This document shows positions 18,212 through 25,772 of a stretch of 46,319 bases of DNA, in pieces. Location: positions 1 through 46,319 of IMG/VR virus record IMGVR_UViG_3300031848_000744; one strand, 5' to 3'. The stretch is from a virus (lineage: Duplodnaviria > Caudoviricetes). Under the pieces are notes generated by a model. It worked only from the letters and a program-made list of their open reading frames with translations. It made no database searches and had not been told where the DNA came from. Positions within the stretch are counted from its first letter, which is position 1. The number at the start of each line of letters is the position of its first letter. Both the position numbers and the translations under genes were made by a program.

Positions 18212-18240
18212 ACTATAATATAAGAGTAGATACTTGTCAA
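18212..18240 (-). promoter_or_regulatory. Sigma70-like promoter TTGACA-17-TATAGT
   Basis: The -35 hexamer contains the gp43 stop codon. Confidence 0.7.
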
Positions 18241-20738
18241 CAGAAAAAGTCTTCTAAACTAGACCTTTCTTCCACAGACCATCCAATCGCATCTAAAATT
18301 GGCGTGATTGGTTCAACAAAGGTCTTTGAAAATTGGATGTCATAATCAACATATCGGTGAAGATTAAATTCATTTGGAATGTAATCAGGAAATGATATGA
18401 CATTTTCTTTCAAAGGATTTGGCATTTTCAAATAACAAAATTTGATTTTCTCTCCATTCTGAATAAGAGCATAACTCTTTTCCAGTGCCTTAGATTTGAT
18501 TTGATTGTTATAAAGTAAACTACCTCTCACATGGATCGGTGTTCCCTTCTTATAGATTATATTTCTATCAGACCATTTCACAATATCACTCACACCCCTT
18601 GGAAAAGATATTTCCTCTGGAGGTAACGATTTGAACTCTTTCTTAAATTCAGCAATAAATTGCCTTGTTTTTTCTTCAGAACCTGACATGATAATTTTGA
18701 ATGATTGCATGAATTTATCACGAACCACTTGAGGCGTACTTGATTTAATTGCCTCAATACCCATAATTTTTAGTTTGGGTTCTGCATATTGAACACCTTC
18801 GTTATTGTGGACATTTAATAAATATCTCTTTTTAGCAGTCCAGATACCACGATCTGCAATTGCTTCGCGCTCCATTACCATACGATCTGTATATGCATTC
18901 ATTTGAGTGAATAGTTTATCGTATGATTCTTTAATAACTTTCTCAAAATGTTCAGCACAGATTTTATCTAATGCCTTTACAGGATCTTTGGGTTTCAATT
19001 TATCGATAAATGGACCAAAGTTGATATATAGCGAGTCAGTGTCGATTGCTATTACATAGTCAACATTATCAGTCTTCAGAACTTTATTCATCTCACCATT
19101 AATAGCACGTTCTGCCCATTGGATTGCCAACTGTCCAGACAACGTAATGCCTTCCGCAACTCTCATATCAAAGTAACGAAAGTATGCGTTTCCCAAGGCA
19201 CCATAAAGAGAATTCAATAGAATTTTAATTGCCATCTGACGATTTTCTAGTTGATTGATCTCTTTTTCAAGTGCAACAGATGGATTATCTTGATTTTTCT
19301 GCATTGCCGCAAGCATTGCTTTTTTAGTAGTTTTTCGCTCTAACATATAATCGGCAATAATTTGCGGAACAATCCCTTGCTTTTTTCTAGTATAAGTCGA
19401 TCCGTTTGCCGCAACAGAAAGATCGTTTTTTACATCAGGAGAGTTATTCATATAATATTCAACACCCGATGGATAGGTGTTATCAATGTCAACTACCAAG
19501 GTTTCTGGTGACATGTTATACTGAATAATCAAATTTGGATACAGAGAATTCAAATCAAACGAAACTACCCAATCATGTAACCCAACTTGAGGTTCTTTAA
19601 CATAACCACCAGGATATGGAGATTTTATTGTGGGTTCGTTTGGTGGGATAGCAACATACTGTTTGCTCAGTTCACGATAGATGATTGAATCCCATATAGC
19701 AGTAGTTCCAAGTGTTGCTTCATAGTTAACGCCACCACGATACGCCATAGTTAATGCAAGGGTAATCAAGTCCATCTTTTCATCAATCTTATCTACCAGA
19801 TAAACGTCCTTGATGTTATAATCAATGAATAGTTGATGATCGTTTTTATAAAGTGTATGAAGTGTACCATGCTCTTCGTAAGATAGTTTTTTCTCACCAA
19901 GCACCGTGTTGGCAATATGATCCAATTTATATGATGCTTGGGTTCCATACGAATACCCAAATTTTTTGAATAAGTCCAAATAATCCAGTTGAGCAATACC
20001 TGTTATTTCATAGTGCTTGTGGTGCTGCCCAGCAATATTAACGGTTCGCTCACTTACTAAACCCCATGGTGAAAACTTTTTCGCCACGGCAGCACCAGCA
20101 AGTTTAGTTACACGGTTTATCAAGTAGGGCATATCAAACATCTTGATATACCAACCAGTGATTACATCTGGTGGGTTTTTAGTCCAGAACTCCATGTACT
20201 TTGCAAGCAATTCCAATTCACTTTTACAGTGACGATACTGAACAATCAGATTTTGGTTTTCACGTTTCTCAACATCATAGTCGCCCAGACCCCAAACATG
20301 ATAAACATTGGAAGTCGATGATTTATGGCAGATCGATATTACTGGATAGTTTGCCTCATCAGCGTGTGGAAATCCATCGTCAGATGCAACTTCGATGTCT
20401 AAATTTGCTACATTGATTGTCTTACGATCAAATTGAATATCGCTTGGAAATGCATCAGTTATAAACTGCTGGATATAATTAGTCATGCCATAAATTTTGA
20501 CATTATCCATATCCTTGTAGGTCTCTAACCATTCCTTTGCTGCTTTCATAGATTCAAATTCTACTGGCGCAACAGAATAACCTTCAAGGGTCTTCCATTT
20601 TGAATCTCTATCTTTGCTGCGAACAAAGAGTTTTGGTTTAAATTTGACCTTCTTTTCAATCCTTACACCGTGGTCATTATAACCACGATATAGAAGTGAG
20701 TTGCCATAACGAGCAACATTTGTATAAAATGCTTTCAA
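18237..20738 (-). CDS. gp43: Family B DNA polymerase gp43
   Basis: LDIE, SFDLNSLYP, KILLNSLYG, IDTDS and KKRY motifs, with C-terminal clamp motif SLEDFF. TTG start. Confidence 0.97.
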   Translation of the reverse strand: MKAFYTNVARYGNSLLYRGYNDHGVRIEKKVKFKPKLFVRSKDRDSKWKTLEGYSVAPVEFESMKAAKEWLETYKDMDNVKIYGMTNYIQQFITDAFPSDIQFDRKTINVANLDIEVASDDGFPHADEANYPVISICHKSSTSNVYHVWGLGDYDVEKRENQNLIVQYRHCKSELELLAKYMEFWTKNPPDVITGWYIKMFDMPYLINRVTKLAGAAVAKKFSPWGLVSERTVNIAGQHHKHYEITGIAQLDYLDLFKKFGYSYGTQASYKLDHIANTVLGEKKLSYEEHGTLHTLYKNDHQLFIDYNIKDVYLVDKIDEKMDLITLALTMAYRGGVNYEATLGTTAIWDSIIYRELSKQYVAIPPNEPTIKSPYPGGYVKEPQVGLHDWVVSFDLNSLYPNLIIQYNMSPETLVVDIDNTYPSGVEYYMNNSPDVKNDLSVAANGSTYTRKKQGIVPQIIADYMLERKTTKKAMLAAMQKNQDNPSVALEKEINQLENRQMAIKILLNSLYGALGNAYFRYFDMRVAEGITLSGQLAIQWAERAINGEMNKVLKTDNVDYVIAIDTDSLYINFGPFIDKLKPKDPVKALDKICAEHFEKVIKESYDKLFTQMNAYTDRMVMEREAIADRGIWTAKKRYLLNVHNNEGVQYAEPKLKIMGIEAIKSSTPQVVRDKFMQSFKIIMSGSEEKTRQFIAEFKKEFKSLPPEEISFPRGVSDIVKWSDRNIIYKKGTPIHVRGSLLYNNQIKSKALEKSYALIQNGEKIKFCYLKMPNPLKENVISFPDYIPNEFNLHRYVDYDIQFSKTFVEPITPILDAIGWSVEERSSLEDFFC

Positions 20739-20763
20739 GAATCAACTCCAGTTATTAGTCTTT

Positions 20764-20792
20764 ATTATACCATAAAAGTCGATTACTGTCTA
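20764..20792 (-). promoter_or_regulatory. Sigma70-like promoter TAGACA-17-TATAAT for gp43
   Basis: Seen directly, with extended -10 TG. Confidence 0.75.
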
Positions 20793-21011
20793 CTCTTTTG
20801 TGGAAACAAAGGCATACATTTCTTTTGCGGCATCGATTACATCTTGGATAGGATACATTTCATATGCCTCTTGCACATCATACATATTATTTTTGCCGTG
20901 TTCAAACATATCATTGGCAAGTTGAATATTTACTTGGTGTTGAGTGTCCATATATTCTTTTGCGAGATGTAAAATATCAGAGCGGATTTCAAAGGGATTT
21001 TTATTTGTCAT
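20790..21011 (-). CDS. Hypothetical protein
   Basis: 73 aa, MTNKNPFEIR...YP...AKEMYAFVS. Confidence 0.7.
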   Translation of the reverse strand: MTNKNPFEIRSDILHLAKEYMDTQHQVNIQLANDMFEHGKNNMYDVQEAYEMYPIQDVIDAAKEMYAFVSTKE

Positions 21012-21023
21012 GTGGGTTTCCTA

Positions 21024-21329
21024 TCAATTATGTTCGCCGTTGTTTTGGCGTCCGTTATATCCATCAATTCTTTTGAATACATCAGGATTTCGTTTCGCAG
21101 TTTCAAATGTTGCTACTGTGACTGCTACTACACCTAACAATGCAATATGTGCCACCATACTAGCAATACCCGCGAAGATATCATTTACAATCATACCAAA
21201 GGCAATACACCACATCCATGCAAGAACTTGCATTATCATATGTCGTACCTGTAAATTGGGGATGTTTTTTAGTGGACTAATATCTGAGTCCATAACACTA
21301 TTCCAAGTGTCGTAAATAAATTTTCTCAT
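21024..21329 (-). CDS. Membrane protein (2 TM helices)
   Basis: Probable start MRKFIYD at 21329; two hydrophobic helices. Confidence 0.7.
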   Translation of the reverse strand: MRKFIYDTWNSVMDSDISPLKNIPNLQVRHMIMQVLAWMWCIAFGMIVNDIFAGIASMVAHIALLGVVAVTVATFETAKRNPDVFKRIDGYNGRQNNGEHN

Positions 21330-21363
21330 TCGCTTTTCCATTATTATTTGTGTGTGTTGTGTG

Positions 21364-21381
21364 AAAAGGGCATTTCTGCCC
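21364..21381 (-). terminator. Probable intrinsic terminator GGGCA-GAAA-TGCCC-TTTT
   Basis: GC stem with a GNRA loop followed by a short U tract. Confidence 0.5.
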
Positions 21382-21464
21382 AATTCTTTAGTTTTGATAC
21401 TTGTTCAAATAGTAGTTAGTCACTTGATGTAACCGTTTGTAGTTCATAATCATCAAGTATAGAA

Positions 21465-21617
21465 TCACTGCCAACCTTTAAGGTTTGAATTCTCCCATAC
21501 TTTCATACGCCTTTCTAGTTCAGCAATATTTTGAGAACCAGCAAACCATTCGTCACGGTAATCGTTTTCACTTTTAGGTGTTACTTTACGAAACATTTTC
21601 ATTATTAAGGCAATCAT
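21465..21617 (-). CDS. Small protein (50 aa, DUF3563-like, not in ORF track)
   Basis: MIALIMKMFRK...EWFAGSQNIAELERRMKVWE; TAATG overlap with the upstream gene. Confidence 0.55.
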   Translation of the reverse strand: MIALIMKMFRKVTPKSENDYRDEWFAGSQNIAELERRMKVWENSNLKGWQ

Positions 21618-21877
21618 TATGAATCACCTCTAGGTAATGATCTATGACCATCAATCTGTGGAAGATTCATAGTTTGTCTGTTCAACATGTCTTCGATTTG
21701 GTGTATCGTCATATTTGGATATTCACATCTAAGCATGACTGCGATTTGTTTGTTCGCTTTGACCTGTTGACCCATTTGACAAGATTCTATGATGCCAGAA
21801 ATGTTATCAGCGATTAGTTCAAATAAAGCACTAATTGCCTTCGTTAAGTAGTTGTGACTTGTTAGTATATGTTGCAT
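21617..21877 (-). CDS. Hypothetical protein
   Basis: 86 aa with a GAGGA RBS, overlapping the end of hsp20. Confidence 0.65.
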   Translation of the reverse strand: MQHILTSHNYLTKAISALFELIADNISGIIESCQMGQQVKANKQIAVMLRCEYPNMTIHQIEDMLNRQTMNLPQIDGHRSLPRGDS

Positions 21878-22301
21878 TTGAGTTTTCCTCGTTTTTTCCT
21901 ATTGAAATTTTACGAGGACGCATTTCTTCTGGGATTTCATACTTCAGTTCTACGGCAAGTATGCCATCTTGAATATCTGCTCCGTTTACTTGAACGTGTT
22001 CAGACAATCGAAAAGTACGTTTAAACTTCTTGGTACTAATACCCCGATGGATAAAGTCTCTTCCTTTGCTTACATGCTCTCCAGTTACCATCAATGTTCG
22101 GTCTTTGACTTCGATTGATAATTCATCTTTTGAAAATCCAGCAACTGCGAGTTCAATAAGATACTCATGTTCGCTTGATCTAATAATATTGTGGGGTGGA
22201 TAGTGGTCAGATGCGTGACGAACTGTATGTTCCATTTCGTTAAACAAATGATCGAATCCCACAAAAGATGATCGTGGAAATAGTGTTTGTATGCCTGTCA
22301 T
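21831..22301 (-). CDS. Small heat shock protein Hsp20 (IbpA-like)
   Basis: VGFDHLF, YPPHNII, IELAVAGF, HRGIS, FRL and DGILAVEL motifs. ATG at 22301 follows AAGGAG. Confidence 0.93.
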   Translation of the reverse strand: MTGIQTLFPRSSFVGFDHLFNEMEHTVRHASDHYPPHNIIRSSEHEYLIELAVAGFSKDELSIEVKDRTLMVTGEHVSKGRDFIHRGISTKKFKRTFRLSEHVQVNGADIQDGILAVELKYEIPEEMRPRKISIGKNEENSNATYTNKSQLLNEGN

Positions 22302-22387
22302 TTTGGTTTCTCCTTTTCCAAGCAAGAATGTTCTGAGACCAGATTGTTCTGCATCTCGCCGTGTTTGGACAACCTCTACAAGTTGTC
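22302..22387 (-). promoter_or_regulatory. ROSE-like RNA thermometer in the hsp20 5' UTR
   Basis: Three hairpins. The last, UUCUUGCUU-GGAA-AAGGAGAA, pairs the U(U/C)GCU motif with the SD. Confidence 0.7.
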
Positions 22388-22406
22388 TCTATTGTATATA
22401 TGTATT

Positions 22407-22435
22407 ATTATAGCAGATTACAAGACTTATGTCAA
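22407..22435 (-). promoter_or_regulatory. Sigma70-like promoter TTGACA-17-TATAAT for hsp20
   Basis: Perfect consensus with extended -10 TG. Confidence 0.85.
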
Positions 22436-23116
22436 TATATTTTTTAATTTCCATGGTGTAAAACATACTGTACCTAAACTTACATAATCAGCACCTTGAT
22501 CGAAATAGTATTTCGCGTCACTTTTATTCGTAACGCCACCACCAGCAATAATAGTGACATGAGGGTGCTTTACCTTTATGTAATCTATAATCCTTGTCGT
22601 ATATGGTTTCAAAATGTTACCGCTTTGACCACCATTCAAAGAATACAGAGTATTGCTTGCGTGTATCTGATTATAACCAGAATCAACTATTTTGTCAATA
22701 AGATTTTCTGAGGCAGTTGGGGGTATTTTACAAATACACCATTCTCTTTTAGTTTGGGGGAAAATATCAAAACCAGGAAGATTAACTGCGCCGATATCTT
22801 TGTCAAGATTTGGGCAACTAATATTAATTTCTACACTTGTGGTGCTTGGTACTACATAAGACAAACTGATCCAATCATTTTTGTCTATAGCAGCAAGACT
22901 CAAAACTTCTGTAGTTTTTGTCCGTTTAAGACCAGTTACAACTCCAGCGTTGCGGAGTCCAATTTTATTCACCCATCCAGATTTAGTATATCGTAGAGTT
23001 TTTAGTACTTGAGGCAGAAGTCCTGGTCTACTCTGGTACGTCCAACTTCCAGTTACACTAATAGTGTTGGGAAGTTTTATATAATTTCCAAAGGGTGCCG
23101 ATATAAAATATTTCAT
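22427..23116 (-). CDS. pyrD: Dihydroorotate dehydrogenase-like flavoprotein
   Basis: NKIGLRNAG, EINISCPN, SNT, GGQSG, IAGGGV and GADYV motifs. Probable start MKYFIS at 23116. Confidence 0.8.
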   Translation of the reverse strand: MKYFISAPFGNYIKLPNTISVTGSWTYQSRPGLLPQVLKTLRYTKSGWVNKIGLRNAGVVTGLKRTKTTEVLSLAAIDKNDWISLSYVVPSTTSVEINISCPNLDKDIGAVNLPGFDIFPQTKREWCICKIPPTASENLIDKIVDSGYNQIHASNTLYSLNGGQSGNILKPYTTRIIDYIKVKHPHVTIIAGGGVTNKSDAKYYFDQGADYVSLGTVCFTPWKLKNILT

Positions 23117-23127
23117 AATGTATATAC

Positions 23128-23598
23128 TCAATTCAAAAAGATTTTGCGCCATTCTTTTTTATATTCTTCTTCATCAATACTTTTGGTAAAAGATTTTGGG
23201 AATTTTTTTATTGCTCTGAGCAATACTCTTATTTTTACATCTGCTTTGATGATAGAAATATTCTGACCACCATTTCTTGCTGCTAACCAACGATGATGAC
23301 CATCAACAATATAGTTATCGGATGAAACAATTAATGGGTTTGCCTTGTCTATTTTCTTTAAGATACCCATGATGCTCAGTATCTTACCTAGATTAAAGTC
23401 AGATTGAGTCGCACTCAACTTTTTTGCTTTGATCTCACCCTTTTCCATCTTTATACCCAGACTTGTTAGATAAGTAAGGAGTTCTGCATAATCTTTTGGA
23501 TGCACTTGGGGCATATCTAATCTTTCGATTTCAAGAGTATCCTTAGACTTAGGAGTGGTTGCCCTAAATTCTGCTATTACTTGACTATATTTACGCAT
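23128..23598 (-). CDS. ParB/Srx-like nuclease-domain protein with capsid-targeting N-terminus
   Basis: PLIVSSDNYIVDGHHRW motif; starts MRKYSQVIAE. Confidence 0.75.
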   Translation of the reverse strand: MRKYSQVIAEFRATTPKSKDTLEIERLDMPQVHPKDYAELLTYLTSLGIKMEKGEIKAKKLSATQSDFNLGKILSIMGILKKIDKANPLIVSSDNYIVDGHHRWLAARNGGQNISIIKADVKIRVLLRAIKKFPKSFTKSIDEEEYKKEWRKIFLN

Positions 23599-23613
23599 AT
23601 CTAATTACCTTAC

Positions 23614-24015
23614 CTATTCGTATTTTATGACTTTATCAGGCGTCTTAAAATTTTTCTTCCTCATAACAGTTTTCATCACAACGTCAAATTCGTCATTTCT
23701 CTGGTCATACTTAACAGCAACAGGAATATTTAAATCGCTCTGCATATCTTTTATAACTGCTTCAGCACCAGCAACACCTTTGATGGATTTACCTTGACGC
23801 TTGTATATCTTTTTAATAAAATCGGCAAGTTCTTTCATGCTGATGCAAGGATCATTTCTATCATCACCCATTCTATCACCAAAATGCCTAGTGAAATTAA
23901 AATCGATTCCATATTTTTTAAACAATTTATCTACAACAGTTTCAAATGTTTTGATTTGTTTAATACCAATAAGATCGCATTTACCTTCGTCTAAATGTTG
24001 TTTAAAGTTTTTCAT
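23614..24015 (-). CDS. Putative RegB/RelE-fold ribonuclease-like protein with capsid-targeting N-terminus
   Basis: Starts MKNFKQHLDE. FNFTRHFGDR loosely resembles the HxxDR segment of T4 RegB; function tentative. Confidence 0.45.
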   Translation of the reverse strand: MKNFKQHLDEGKCDLIGIKQIKTFETVVDKLFKKYGIDFNFTRHFGDRMGDDRNDPCISMKELADFIKKIYKRQGKSIKGVAGAEAVIKDMQSDLNIPVAVKYDQRNDEFDVVMKTVMRKKNFKTPDKVIKYE

Positions 24016-24479
24016 TTTAGTTTTTTCAACCTTTTCAATTGGTAAACAACCCCGTGCTCACCGTCGATTTCTTTGAAATTAAATCCCAGTTTAGATGCAT
24101 ATTTTTTTAATAATCTACTGTATAATTTAGACCTGCTGGGGTTTGCGCTTCCATCTGGGGTTTCTGAATGCGCTTTTGATGCTGAGAAAATAATTTCGTC
24201 AAGATTGGGATTTTCTTTAACGTAAGTTTTGATATGATTTATGACCGCACCAAAGATTTGCATTTGACTGCCCTTACCAGTAACTCGACTATGACCATTT
24301 ACGTCAAAAGATATACTAAGTTCGCTGTCTTCTATCTTATATCTCAGTTCTATCTCTTGTGTTTCCACTTTACCGCTATATACTTGAATTGACCGCGAGT
24401 TATTGAACTTGGTGTCGTGTTTTAGAGTCCATTTGACTTTGGTATTAAATGCTTCACTGAACTCCTGAAATGTTTTCAT
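24012..24479 (-). CDS. Hypothetical internal head protein
   Basis: Starts MKTFQEFSEA, close to the T4 CTS MKTYQEFIAE. Contains an SRSKLY motif. Confidence 0.65.
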   Translation of the reverse strand: MKTFQEFSEAFNTKVKWTLKHDTKFNNSRSIQVYSGKVETQEIELRYKIEDSELSISFDVNGHSRVTGKGSQMQIFGAVINHIKTYVKENPNLDEIIFSASKAHSETPDGSANPSRSKLYSRLLKKYASKLGFNFKEIDGEHGVVYQLKRLKKLK

Positions 24480-24480
24480 T

Positions 24481-25230
24481 TTAGGTAACTCCGCGTATTG
24501 CTATTATTATTTTATTTTTATTTTCTTTGAAATACGCACTAATCTCTGCAAATACGTGTGGTTCCACTGCACTAGCACCACCAAAGGTTTTTAAAGTTCT
24601 TTTGACCGAAAGCGTATGATATAGATTGGTAGGCATCACACCAACCAATAAGAGTTTATATCTTTTCTCTATGTGGTGTTTATACTTTGTATAATGTGCA
24701 AGGGGATCAGAGACACTTTTATTGTGTAGTGTAACAAATGCTTTATTCTCTTTATTCACATATAAAGAAACGATATATTCTTTGGTTTTATCCTTATATT
24801 CATCAGCAAGGTCTAATTTTCCGATTGCTTCAGTTGCAGGTATTTTCAAATTATATCTGGTGTTTAATTCTTTTAGTTTACTCATAAAAATGCTACCATG
24901 CATAACGCCATAATCATTAAGTTTTTTATGTGCAACCCAAACGTGAATCATTTCATGTAATAATATCGAAATGATATCTTCATTTGATCTTTTCAGAGTA
25001 TTCGAAATTTTAAGATGATTTATTTTTACAACTTCTTTTGTTCTTTTTAGCACTTGAAGTCCAACTTCACCACCAAGTCTTTTATTCTTGTACCAAACAA
25101 TTGGAAAATCGTTGGGTAATTCGCCTTGAAAATATAATTTATTAAGAGAATTATATGAATCCAACAAATCTAATTGAGGCATTACTTTTTCAGTGATAAG
25201 TGTTTCTACGAACTGATTGAAAGTCTTCAT
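24481..25230 (-). CDS. SprT-like zinc metalloprotease with capsid-targeting N-terminus
   Basis: YNSLNKLYF, LLHEMIH and HGSIF motifs; starts MKTFNQFVE. Confidence 0.8.
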   Translation of the reverse strand: MKTFNQFVETLITEKVMPQLDLLDSYNSLNKLYFQGELPNDFPIVWYKNKRLGGEVGLQVLKRTKEVVKINHLKISNTLKRSNEDIISILLHEMIHVWVAHKKLNDYGVMHGSIFMSKLKELNTRYNLKIPATEAIGKLDLADEYKDKTKEYIVSLYVNKENKAFVTLHNKSVSDPLAHYTKYKHHIEKRYKLLLVGVMPTNLYHTLSVKRTLKTFGGASAVEPHVFAEISAYFKENKNKIIIAIRGVT

Positions 25231-25484
25231 GTTCGTCTTCTTGGTTCAGTGCGATTGTATTTTACGGTAACACTTGATAGATTATCTTCGTTATTATTTA
25301 AAGGATCGTTATCTTTGTGGTGGATATCTCTGCCATCGAAAGGTGCTGCTTTTCCAACTTTTTCCATTTTACGTCTAGCACGTTTTCTGGCAGCATTCCT
25401 CTCCATCTGTACTGGAGTTCCTAAGTAATTTTCACGCTCTTTCTTATAATCCCTTTCACAAAGATATGCCTTAAAAGTCTTCAT
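25227..25484 (-). CDS. Small HNH endonuclease-like protein with capsid-targeting N-terminus
   Basis: DIHHKDNDPLNNNEDNL...YNR motif; starts MKTFKAYLCE. Confidence 0.75.
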   Translation of the reverse strand: MKTFKAYLCERDYKKERENYLGTPVQMERNAARKRARRKMEKVGKAAPFDGRDIHHKDNDPLNNNEDNLSSVTVKYNRTEPRRRT

Positions 25485-25714
25485 GATGCATTATCCCAAA
25501 AAGTTTTACTCATTTCACCCATAGAGACTGTGGAAGTACCAGATGCTGAATTTACTGTTTTTCGAACATCTGTATATACCGAATGACCATTGGTAGTTCT
25601 AACTCCGCTAGTTTGCTTTAACCATAGTGGTCTTAATGGACTAGTAGCGCCAGGATCAGCAGGGGCGTTGTTATATTGCCAACTTGGATTGTTTGTAATA
25701 GTTACCCATGCCAT
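25481..25714 (-). CDS. Small late hypothetical protein
   Basis: First gene after the late promoter, with an AAGGA RBS. Lacks the CTS. Confidence 0.65.
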   Translation of the reverse strand: MAWVTITNNPSWQYNNAPADPGATSPLRPLWLKQTSGVRTTNGHSVYTDVRKTVNSASGTSTVSMGEMSKTFWDNAS

Positions 25715-25742
25715 GTTTTAGTCCTTTATTATTTGTTCTTAC

Positions 25743-25750
25743 TATTTATA
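25743..25750 (-). promoter_or_regulatory. T4-type late promoter TATAAATA
   Basis: Exact consensus heading the CTS cassette. Confidence 0.8.
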
Positions 25751-25772
25751 TGTTTAAGAATAAAACTTTTCA

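Noticed and set aside
18237-20738. Intein or intron in gp43 (also checked gp41, uvsX, uvsW, gp46)
   Set aside because: Lengths are normal and motifs are contiguous.
25227-25484. HNH gene as a mobile homing endonuclease or intron
   Set aside because: It is only 85 aa, lacks an extra DNA-binding domain, interrupts no gene, and carries the CTS tag like its neighbours.
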